Shown here in pieces: positions 29,510 to 39,700 of a stretch of 64,000 nt of DNA. The notes beneath the pieces are model-generated. The model was not told the origin of the DNA and did not search any database. It worked only from the letters and a program-made list of their open reading frames with translations. The stretch comes from Cenarchaeum sp. (GTDB lineage Archaea; Thermoproteota; Nitrososphaeria; Nitrososphaerales; Nitrosopumilaceae): the NCBI GenBank assembly GCA_965242695.1, contig CBDESU010000001.1, forward strand, positions 32,001 through 96,000, given 5' to 3'. The position numbers and the translations under genes are program-made. Position 1 is the stretch's first letter. Each line of letters begins with the position of its first letter.

Positions 29510-30002
29510 GCGCCGCCTGATGCGCGCCGCGGCGGATCCCTGCGCGCTCCGCGGCCGCCCCGGCCTCCGCGGCGGCCGCGCCGGCCGCATCGGACTCGAT
29601 GTGGGGGCGTATGCGCGCGGCGAGCCTCTCGAGGTCGCCCATGCTGGCGACCTTTCTGCCCGCCGACCAGTCCGTGCCGGTGCTGTTGTAGCGCGGTATG
29701 ACGTGGACGTGCACGTGCGGGACGACCTGCTTTGCGGCCCTGCCGTTGTTCTGCGCGATGCTGAACGCATCCGCCCCGAGCCCCTTGAGGACGGCGCCGG
29801 CGATCGCGTGGGCCGTCCCGAACACCCTGCCGACGCCTGCGGGGTCCATGTCGGATATGGTCTCGCGGTGCTCCCTCGTGATCACGAGGCAGTGGCCCGT
29901 GTCGATCGGGTACCTGTCCATTATGACGACCACGTCGGCGTCCTCGTATATGGTCGCCGCCTCGGACTCGCCGCCGATGATCTCGCAGAAGACGCAGCCC
30001 AT
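29499..30002 (-). CDS. HIT family hydrolase
   Basis: MGCVFCEII...QVVPHVHVHVIPR. Confidence 0.93.
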   Translation of the reverse strand: MGCVFCEIIGGESEAATIYEDADVVVIMDRYPIDTGHCLVITREHRETISDMDPAGVGRVFGTAHAIAGAVLKGLGADAFSIAQNNGRAAKQVVPHVHVHVIPRYNSTGTDWSAGRKVASMGDLERLAARIRPHIESDAAGAAAAEAGAAAERAGIRRGAHQAAPTP

Positions 30003-30274
30003 GCGCGCCGGCGGCGCGCGGCATTTTATGTAGTGATCGCCGCGGCCCGTGCGGCCGCCGACACGTACCTGCCACATGTCTGGCCCGTGCGGCCCGCACC
30101 CTGCCTGCGTCGTGGGGGGGGGGGGTGTCCGGGTCGGGCTCCCGCGCGCGGCTGCTCTTGCCCTCCCCCCGGTGCGCGGGGTGCAGCCTGCGGGCAGGGA
30201 CATGCCGCATCCGCCGCCTGCCGGCACACCATGAGGTCGACTAGATTAAAAGTGGTTGGTGTGGGGCTCTGTCC

Positions 30275-31018
30275 GTGACATCTAGGCCGGGGCAGCGCGT
30301 GCAGAAGATCGTTCTGACCCGTAGCGGCAATCGTTGCGCATTGCCAGACTGCCGCCGGCCCCTGGTCATGTCGGGAACTGAGCGTGACCCGGCCGCGTTG
30401 ACGGCCCGGATTGCACACATAGCGGGCAACAGGATGGGATCGCCTAGGCACGACCCCGGCATGTCTGACAAGGAGAGGAACTCCGAGGACAACCTCATCG
30501 CCGTCTGCGCCAACTGCCACGACCGGATCGATGGCCAGCCCAACACGTACACCGTTTCCGAGCTGTGCAGGATCAAGTCTCTCCACGAGGCATGGGTGCT
30601 GAGCGAGCTGGGCCGCAGCATGCCCAAGGTAGACTTTCCCGAGCTCGAGCGGGCTGTACACCATGTCATGGCGTCCGAGGCCGGGCCGAGCAAACCCGAC
30701 GCACTATTGCCACCAAGGGATAAGATTGCCCGGAACCGACTCTCCGCCAGATCGGAGGCCCTGGTACTGCACGGGATGATGGCGTCAAGGCTGGTGAAAA
30801 AGTACATCAACGCATCGACGGATGCCCGGCTGGCGGGGCGCCTCAAGAACGGCCTTGGCCGGGAGTACGAGCGGAACAGGGGCGAGGGCTTGGAGGGCGA
30901 TGAGCTGTTCGATGCCATGGTCAGGTTTGTGGCCGGCACGGGGGACTTTGCGAGGGATGCGGCCGGCCTGGCGGTGCTGGTGCACTTCTTCGAGAGCTGC
31001 GAGGTGTTTGAAAAGTGA
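30275..31018 (+). CDS. lmuA: Lamassu/ABC-3C effector LmuA: HNH endonuclease plus C-terminal domain
   Basis: SGNRCALPDC...AHI...NSEDNLIAVCANCHDRID. C-terminus GDELFD...VLVHFFESCEVFEK. Confidence 0.85.
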   Translation: MTSRPGQRVQKIVLTRSGNRCALPDCRRPLVMSGTERDPAALTARIAHIAGNRMGSPRHDPGMSDKERNSEDNLIAVCANCHDRIDGQPNTYTVSELCRIKSLHEAWVLSELGRSMPKVDFPELERAVHHVMASEAGPSKPDALLPPRDKIARNRLSARSEALVLHGMMASRLVKKYINASTDARLAGRLKNGLGREYERNRGEGLEGDELFDAMVRFVAGTGDFARDAAGLAVLVHFFESCEVFEK

Positions 31019-31239
31019 TACTCCCAGACAAGCACATCACGGTGTCCAACTCGCTGCTAGGAGTGGGGGCGGTGCTGCTGGAGTCGATGCGACCCTCCCA
31101 GACAGTGACCGAACTGTGGGGCAGGACGCGGGCGCGCCCTGAGGTAAGGACGTTCGACAGGTTTGTACTGGGCCTCGACCTGCTGTTCATCCTCGGGGCT
31201 GTCAGCTACAGGAACGGAATGGTGGTGAAGGGAGGATGA
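31015..31239 (+). CDS. lmuC: ABC-three-component middle component (LmuC)
   Basis: MILPDKHITVSNSLLGVG...FVLGLDLLFILG; GTGA/ATGA overlaps with both neighbours. Confidence 0.85.
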   Translation: MILPDKHITVSNSLLGVGAVLLESMRPSQTVTELWGRTRARPEVRTFDRFVLGLDLLFILGAVSYRNGMVVKGG

Positions 31240-32987
31240 TCATCCGAGCCCTGCGCTCCGATCGAGAGACGTTTCGAACCGTGCGGTTCAAGGACGGCGC
31301 AAACGTGGTTTTGGGCGACAGGGCGCCAGACTCTGGCAAAAAAGACACCCGAAACGGCCTAGGCAAGTCGGCAATGCTTGAGATTATCAGCTTTTGCCTG
31401 GGCGGGAACATGGGCGAGACGCTCAAGAGGAGGGAGGTGAAAGGGTGGACATTCACGCTTGACGTGGAACACGGCGGGAGGGCGTTCAGCGTCAGCCGCG
31501 GCACCGGCGACAACGCGGTCGAGATAGCAGGCGACACCTCCGGTTGGCCCTCAAGTCTGGCCGGCGACGGCACGCTTGTGCGGGACGGGGTGCGCGTCGG
31601 GATCGACGACTACAACCGTGACATGGGCCGGATGCTGTACGGCTTGGAATCGCACAGCGCACTTCGCTACAGGCCGACGTTCCGGAGTCTCATCTCGTAC
31701 CGCGTTCGGCAGGGCGGCAAGCACGGCGGCTACCACTCGCCCTTCCAGAGCTTTCACATACAGGCGGCGACCTGCGTCCAAGTCAACAACGCCTACATGC
31801 TGGGCCTAGACTGGGAGGCCGGGGCGCGGCTACACTATCTAGCCGAGCGCAAAAAGCAGCTGCGTGATATCGAAAGGGCCATGAGTGACGGGGTGCTGTC
31901 GGACCTGGTCGGCAGCATAGGAGACATAGAGGCAATCTTAATCAGGCTCGAGGACAAGGCGCGCAGGGAAAAGGATGCCATAGACCGGTTCCGCGTCCAC
32001 GACCGGTACCGGGATCTTGAGTCGGAGGCCAACGGCCTGACAGAGTCGATCCACGGCCTAGTCAACGAGAGGTTCGCGATGGGGCAGGCGTCTGACATGT
32101 ACAGGGACAGCCTAGAGGAAGAAAGCGATGCGACGCCCGAACAGGTACTTGCAGTCTACAGGGAGGCCGACGTGCTGTTTCCCGACTCGGTTCGGAAGGG
32201 ACTGGAGGAGGCGCGTGCATTCCATGCCGCCATCGTCCGCAACAGACGCGGCTTTCTGGGATCCGAGATCGACAGGCTGGGAGGCGAGATGTCCAAGAGG
32301 GACCTGCAGATAGACGAGCTTGGGGCGAGGCGGGCCGCCGTCATGGGGATACTCCGGACGCACGGGGCCATCGACGAGCTCGTCCGGCTGCAGGAGCGCC
32401 ACAACGCGACGGCGTCCGAGCAGGCGGACGCGGCCAACAAGCTGGCCCAGCTCAAGAAGATCGACGAGGAGAAGACGGATATAGATGCCCGCATGAACAA
32501 TCTGCGACGTGATGCGACGATCGACTTTGACGAGCGCCGTGATCGGCGGAAGGCGGCAATCCTGGCATTCAACGACTACTCAAAGCGCCTGTACAGGGCG
32601 CCTGGCAAGCTGGTCATCGATATAAAAGACGGGCTGTACCGCTTCAACGTAGAGATCGAGCGGTCCGGCAGCAGCGGCATTGGCAGCATGAAGATATTCT
32701 GCTACGACATGATGCTGGCAGGGTTGTGGGCCGGGCGGCCCAATTCGCCTGGATTTCTCGCGCACGACAGCGACCTGTTTGAGGGGGTCGACTCTAGACA
32801 GACCGCCAAGGCGCTAGGCCTTGCCGCAACCGAGTCGGCGGAGCGCCAATTCCAGTACATCTGCACGATGAACATGGATGATGTCCCGCACGACGACTTT
32901 GACAAGGGATTCGACTTTGACTCGCTCGTGGCCGAGACGCTCACGGACAGGGATGCGGGCGGCAGCCTGCTCGGCATCAGGTTCTAG
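31236..32987 (+). CDS. lmuB: DUF2326 SMC-like ABC ATPase (LmuB)
   Basis: TRNGLGKS Walker A, coiled coil, SSG...KIFCYD, FLAHDS, FQYICTMN, LLGIRF terminus. Confidence 0.9.
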   Translation: MIIRALRSDRETFRTVRFKDGANVVLGDRAPDSGKKDTRNGLGKSAMLEIISFCLGGNMGETLKRREVKGWTFTLDVEHGGRAFSVSRGTGDNAVEIAGDTSGWPSSLAGDGTLVRDGVRVGIDDYNRDMGRMLYGLESHSALRYRPTFRSLISYRVRQGGKHGGYHSPFQSFHIQAATCVQVNNAYMLGLDWEAGARLHYLAERKKQLRDIERAMSDGVLSDLVGSIGDIEAILIRLEDKARREKDAIDRFRVHDRYRDLESEANGLTESIHGLVNERFAMGQASDMYRDSLEEESDATPEQVLAVYREADVLFPDSVRKGLEEARAFHAAIVRNRRGFLGSEIDRLGGEMSKRDLQIDELGARRAAVMGILRTHGAIDELVRLQERHNATASEQADAANKLAQLKKIDEEKTDIDARMNNLRRDATIDFDERRDRRKAAILAFNDYSKRLYRAPGKLVIDIKDGLYRFNVEIERSGSSGIGSMKIFCYDMMLAGLWAGRPNSPGFLAHDSDLFEGVDSRQTAKALGLAATESAERQFQYICTMNMDDVPHDDFDKGFDFDSLVAETLTDRDAGGSLLGIRF

Positions 32988-32996
32988 CCGGGCAGA

Positions 32997-33103
32997 GGTG
33001 CGCATGCGATCAACCTGGGGCGCGCCTGCGAGTTGATGCCCGCCGTCCTTGCCGCCCCGACCCCCCGGGTGCGCATGCGATCAACCTGGGGCGCGCCTGC
33101 GAG
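32997..33103. repeat. 36-bp direct repeat x2 with a 35-bp spacer
   Basis: GGTGCGCATGCGATCAACCTGGGGCGCGCCTGCGAG at 32997 and 33068. Confidence 0.9.
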
Positions 33104-33344
33104 CCATGTTCCGGGACATGGCGGTACGCCGGCGGCTCGCGCCCGGGCATGCCGCAGGAGATGTTGGCTACAGGCCGAAGGCACGAGGGCATAGTTCGTG
33201 TGTATGGCGCGCAGCATGGATGGCAGGCCGCGACCCGCATCGCATCATGAGCGCGCCGTGCATGGCCGTGTCCGGCGGCGGCGCCACCTGCGCACCGCCG
33301 GCGGGTCGGCCGGTGCGCCTAGACGGGGGCATGCCGGCGGGACG

Positions 33345-33780
33345 CGATCCCGTGCGGGCAACGGCGAAGTTATATACGACAAATCTGGCCCGCGAAATCG
33401 AAACATGTCCTACGACTCGGCCGACGTAGCGCCATCACGCGTAGCGCCGCCCCTACTGGGGGGGGGGGGGTGGCAGGAGCTGCGGGATGCGATCTCGTGC
33501 GGGCAACGGCGAAGTTATATACGACAAATCTGGCCCGCGAAATCGAAACATGTCCTACGACTCGGCCGACGTAGCGCCATCACGCGTAGCGCCGCCCCTA
33601 CTGGGGGGGGGGGGGGGGGGGGGGTGGCAGGAGCTGCGGGATGCGATCTCGTGCGGGCAACGGCGAAGTTATATACGACAAATCTGGCCCGCGAAATCGA
33701 AACATGTCCTACGACTCGGCCGACGTAGCGCCATCACGCGTAGCGCCGCCCCTACTGGGGGGGGGGGGTGGCAGGAGCGG
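33345..33780 (+). repeat. Triplicated promoter + ATG + poly-G cassette (G13, G22, G12)
   Basis: AAGTTATATAC box and ATGTCCTACGAC at 33405, 33550 and 33704; periods 145 and 154 bp. Confidence 0.95.
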
Positions 33781-36700
33781 CGGGACGGCGCGGCCTGCCG
33801 TCCTTTACGCCGCATCAATAGCTGCCGTGGCGGTGCTGGCCGCGGCTGCGGCCTTGGCGCCGCCAGACGGATCGGGGACCGCATTCGCGCAGCATGCCGA
33901 CGGGATCACCTGCCCGTCGGCGGCGGCCGGCTCTGAATGCGTGTACCACGTCACGGACGCGCTTGCCATACGGGACATAAAGCCCACCGTCATACGGGTC
34001 GACCCCGACACGGGATACGTGTACGTGTCCACCGTCCCCCATGCGGGCTCGAGGGACTTCAACTACTCGTACCTCAACGCGTACAACAGCTCGGCCAACG
34101 GCTACCTCCCCATCGCCGAGTTCAGGTTTGACGAGGGGATCAACACCCGCATCGCGGACTTTGAGATCAACAGCCGGACGAACGAGCTGCACGTGGTCCA
34201 CACGTGGGGCCTGGGCGACCCGTCCGAGGGGTGGACGGGGCAGAGCCATGACGGCCAGGGGAGGGCCAACCTGACGACGATAGACCTGGAGACACACGAG
34301 ATATCGAAGACGATCCGGCTCTACTACAACGAGACGACCCCGCTGCCCGGCTGGAGCCTTTGGGGCACCGACCGGTTCTTGATACACGACATCGCGCTCG
34401 ACAGGGAGCGCGATCTCGCGTACATCGGCGCCGAGCGCGCCCCCATACTGGTCGTCGACACGAGCACGACGACGCTGGTGCCCGCCACGGTGAACCGCAC
34501 CGGCACCAACAGCGGGGACGACGGGTGGAACGCGTACGCGGTCGGCACCATATCGATGAGCATGTCAGTCGACGAGGACTCGGGGCTCGTGTACGCCGGC
34601 GTGGTCGTCGGCAACAAGCTTGACGACCTGCATGCGTCGTGGGGCATTGCGGCGCTCAACTTTACGGGCGCGAACGGCTCGGCGACGGCACACTACGAGC
34701 GAGTCGCATTCCACAACGTATCGTCGCAGCAGGCGCCAAGCGATCCCTGGCCATGCTCCAACTACTACAGCTACAGCTGCGACGTATGGGACCTGTCGGG
34801 AGAGGGCGCTAGGGATGCGCGCATCGAGGCCATCCGCCTTGACGGGCCGAACGACAAGCTGTTCGCGCTGTACGAGAACCACACCGTGTGGGCCGTGCCC
34901 CTCGGCGGGGACGGGCTCCCGTCCGGCGCGATGACGGCGGTCCACATTCGGACGCCGGAGGAAGAGGGCCGGCGCGACGACGCGAGCATCCACGACATTG
35001 CGCTCGACTCGCAGAGGGGGCTGCTGTACGCATCCCTGCGCGACTATACAGACCCGCGCGTGATCGTAATGGACTCTGCCACGGAGGCCCGCGTGGGGGT
35101 CGCATCGACGACGAGCGAGCCCTGGGACATGGGGATCAACCCCGCCGACGGGTCCGTGTACGTGCTGCCGCTGTGGGCGCTCGGCGCGTACGTCATCGAG
35201 GCCGAGCCGAGGACCGGCCTGCAAAAGGCGATCGATGCCGCGCCGGCCGGCGCCACGGTGGTGGTCGAGCCCGGAACGTACGCCAACGCGGTCCTCGACA
35301 TAAACAAGTCGCTGACCCTGACGACTGCCACCGGCGAGCCGGGCGCCGCAAAGTTCACGGGGTACTCGCGCATCGAGGTCGAGGCCGACGACGTGGCCGT
35401 CAGGGGGCTCGTGTTCGAGGATACGGACTGCATGCCGGGCTTTGGCGGGTCGCTCGTCGAGATCAGGACGCACAACGGCATTACGCGGGAGAACGTCACG
35501 ATCGAGGGCAACGTGTTCCGCGACACGTGCCATGCGGCGATCCAAAAGGAGGGCCGCGGCGACGTGGCCGGCATCAGCATCCGGAACAACACGTTCGTGA
35601 ACATCGGGCTGCGACTCGATCCGGGCATGGCGGGGCCGCTCGACACCGGGGGCGAGAGCGAGTTTCAGATCATGCACGGCGCGATCGGGCTGGCGCACCA
35701 CCCCAACCAGAACACGGTCAGCGGCAACATAACCGGCAACTACATCAGCGGCACGAGCGCGGCCGGCATTCGCGTGTTCAACGCGCACGACATGGTCATA
35801 TCGGACAACTACATCGCCGACACCCCCGCGAGCGCGATCGGGCTGGCGCACAACCCGCAGAACGTCGTGGTCCGCAACAACACGATCGTCGGCGCCAACA
35901 GCGAGCCCGACCTGGACTACATCGGGGGCATCGAGGGCAGCGGCGATGCGGACTACTGGCAGTTCCTCAGGACGTACAGCATCATCCTAGAGTCGGACAC
36001 CCTGTCGCAGGACCACCCGCTGCACGGCGACGGCAAGCCGGCGCCGGACGCGGCCATCAACGTGTGGTCCGACGGCGAGGACATACGGGTCGAGGGAAAC
36101 ACCATACGGGACAGCGACGGGGCCTTTACGATATGCACCGGCGTGTGCGCGTTCGAGAGCGACGGGAACGTGCGCGGGGGCGACGAGAACGGGCATGCGG
36201 GCTGGCCGCCGAACACGCCGGACATACGCAACATACCGTTCGACAGGAACATTACGGATGCCCGGTTTGTGTTTGCCGACAACGTCGTGCACGCCTACAA
36301 CGGCACGGACAACAACGGCGCGCTCGTGCGGAGCGACACGATCGGCGAGCTCGACGCGTCCGGCAACACGTTCGTCGGGTGCGGCGCGGGCATGGCCGGC
36401 CGGCCGGTCCCGACGTTCGGCAACGTGACCACAGGCTCGGCCGTGTACGAGGATGCGGGGTGCGAGTACGAGTACCACGTCACGCGCACGCTCGGCGTCG
36501 GCGACATCATACCGCATATGGTCGCGGTAGACGAAGAGACGGGGTACGTGTATGTCGCCAACACGCCCCACCTGGGCACGCGCGACCAGGACTACTCGCA
36601 CCTGCGCATATACGACGGGGGCACGGGAGAGGCGCTCGGCGACATCCGCTTCAACGGGACAAACTCGCGCATATCCGATGTCGAGGTCGCCGGCGGAACG

Positions 36701-39700
36701 GTGTACGTCGCCCACATGTGGGGCATTGGTGACAGCTCTCTGGGATGGGACGGCCGCATGTGGAACGGGGACGGACTGATGAACCTGACGGCGATCGAGG
36801 CCGGCTCGTACGAGGTGCTCGGCACGATCGAACTGGTGCACGGGGACGGCGCCGGACAGAACGCGACAAGGGGCGTGATATCCGACCTGGCCCTCGATCC
36901 GCTCAGGAGCAGGGCGTACGTCTCGACCGCAAGCGAGGGGCCCGTGCTCGCCGTCGACGTGTCCGATCCCGGTTCGATGATGCTGATGTACACGGCTGCC
37001 GGAAACGCCAGCGCGGGCGAGTGGAGCCCGTACGGCGCAGCCGGCCCCGCGTCGGCGCTCGCCGTCGACAACGGCACGGGCATGGTGTACGCGGCAGCCC
37101 GCGTCGGCGACAGGGACGACAGCACCCTGCACTCTTGGGGGATCGCGATGCTGGACTTTGGCGCCGGCGGCGCCTTTGGGCCAAACTACACGCGCGCGCA
37201 CTTTCTGAACATGTCGGCAAACCCCGCGCCGGATCCCGCGGAAGAGTGCGGGGGCGACTACAACCGGCACCCGTGCAACGAGGACGTCCTGGTCGAGTCG
37301 CTGCTGCTCGACGCGGCCGGCGGCAGGCTGCTTGCCCTGTACGCAAACCACTCCGTGTGGGCGTTCGGCCTCGACGGCGCGGGCTATCCTGCCAACTACA
37401 CCGAGGTCGACGTGAGGCAGCGGGATCCCGCGCCCGGAAGCTACGAGGACGGCTACGGCAGAAGCCGAGACCACAACCAGATCAGCGACATCGCGCTGGA
37501 CGGCGAGCGGAGGCTCCTGTACGCATCGCTCCACGACTTTGCAAACCCGCGGGTCGCCGTGATCGACGCCGACACGCACGAGCGGGTCGGCCTGGCCTCT
37601 ACGAGCAGCCAGGCCTCAAGCCTTGGACTGGATGCGAGGACGGGGGCGGTATACGCGCTGCCGCAGTGGACGCCGAACGCGTACGTGATAGAGGCTGCCG
37701 CAAAGACCCGCCTGCAGTCCGTAATCGACGGCGCCCTGCCGGGCGAGGCGGTGAGGCTGCTGCGGGGCACGCACGACGATACCGTCCTGGACGTGACGCG
37801 GCCGCTGACGCTCGCATCGGCATCCGACCTGCCCGGCTCGGTGACCTTTACGGGGTACTCGCGCATCGAGGTAGAGGCCGACAACACCGCCATACGCAGC
37901 CTGTCCTTCAGGGACACGGACTGCATGCCCGGCCTGGCCGCCTCGCTCGTCGAGATACGGACGTACGGCAACGACTACACGCGCAGCAACGTCACAGTGG
38001 AGGGCAACGCGTTCAGCGACACGTGCCACGCGGCGGTGCAGCAGGAGGGGGTAGGCCGCCTCGACAACGTCCAGGTGCGGGGCAACACGTTCGTAAACAT
38101 AGGCCTAAAGGTTCCCGACGGCAGGATGCAGCCGATCGACACGGGCGGCGAGAACGAGTTCCAGCTCTTCCACGGCGCGATCGGCCTGGCCCACCACCCG
38201 TCCCAGATGCCCGTGAGCGGAGTCGTCGCCGACAACCGCATAGTAAACACGAGCGCGGCCGGCATACGGGTGTTCAACGCCGACGGCATGGCCATAACGG
38301 GCAACTACGTCGAGGGCACCCCGGCGAGCGGCATCGGGCTTGCGCACGGGCCGAGCAACACCGCCGTCGCAAACAACACGCTCGTGCGGACCAACAGCGA
38401 GCCGAACCTGGACTACCTGGACGGAATCGAGGGCAGCGGCGAGCCGGGCTACTACGGGTTCATCAACTTTGACCGCCCCAACCCGCACGCCTACCTGGGC
38501 CTGCAAAAGGTCAGGGACGGCCCGCCGTACGCCGTGCCGTCGCCCGATGCGGCCGTCAGCGTCTGGGCCGGCGCCGTGAACGTCAGCGTCACCGGAAACA
38601 CCATACGGGGCAGCGACGGCGCATTCACGGTCTGCACCGGAGTGTGCGCGTTCGAGAGCGACGGGCCGGTCCGCGACAACCCGCGCAACGTGCCTTCCAA
38701 CGACGTGCCGGTGAACGAGCAGGTGCGGTTCGCCGGCAATACCATACACGCGCACAACGGGACGGACAACAACGGCAGGCTGGTGCGCAGCTATGCGCTC
38801 GGCACGCTGGATGCGACGGGCAACACGTTTGTGGGCATTGATGCGGCCGGCGCCGCCGCCGGGATGGTGAGGGCCGATGCGGGCGGCGAGCCGATCGGAA
38901 CGGCCGTCGTTGCAGCATTCGTCTCGCCGGGCAGGATACTTGCAATCTACGGCGCGCCGCTCGGCCCGCCGGCCGGGCATGCGGGCCCCGTGTACGGCAG
39001 CGTCACCGGACCGGGCGGCCTGGACGAGGCGCCCGCCGGCGAGTCGGGCCTCTACACCAAGGTGCACGCGATCGAGATCGGCGGGGACGGCGTGGACTCC
39101 ATGCAGAGCGGCACGATCGCGCTCAGCGTCGACTTGGAGGGCATCGATCGAAGTGGAACACACTATGCCTTCCGCGGCGACTCGATACCCGTAAGGCCGA
39201 GCGGCACGAACGCGGCGGCAGCGTCTGCCGCATTCACGTCGCCCGGCACGGCCCGGATCGTGTACGGCGCGCCGCTGGCCGCGTCCGCGTCCGACTATAC
39301 TGGCCTGCGCGTGGGGCCCCTGAACGCATCGGCCGCCGTACTGGGCGTGTCTGGGTCGGGCACCGCGGCCCATACCCTGTCGATCAAGTCCGACTATGCG
39401 GTAACGGCGGCGACGGCCGGCTACATCGACATTGCGCCGCTGGCGCTGCTGCCGGACGGAGGCCTGTTTGCAGGCGCCGACGGCCTGCCGATTGGCAGCG
39501 GCCTGGGGGCGGGAACGACCGCCGTTGCGCCTCCGGGATCTGATCCCTTTGTGATCGAGGCGGACACCTTTGCAGACTCGCTCAACGGCACCGGCAGCGC
39601 GGCGATCCGCGTGCCGGGCGGCGCGATCCCCGCCGTGAACTTTACGGTGTCTATGGAAGCGGCCACCATCACGTTCGCATCGAGGACGAGCATTACCGAC

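Noticed and set aside
32997-33103. CRISPR array (36-bp repeat, 35-bp spacer)
   Set aside because: Only two repeats, no AT-rich leader, no cas genes, no GAAA(C/G)-type end
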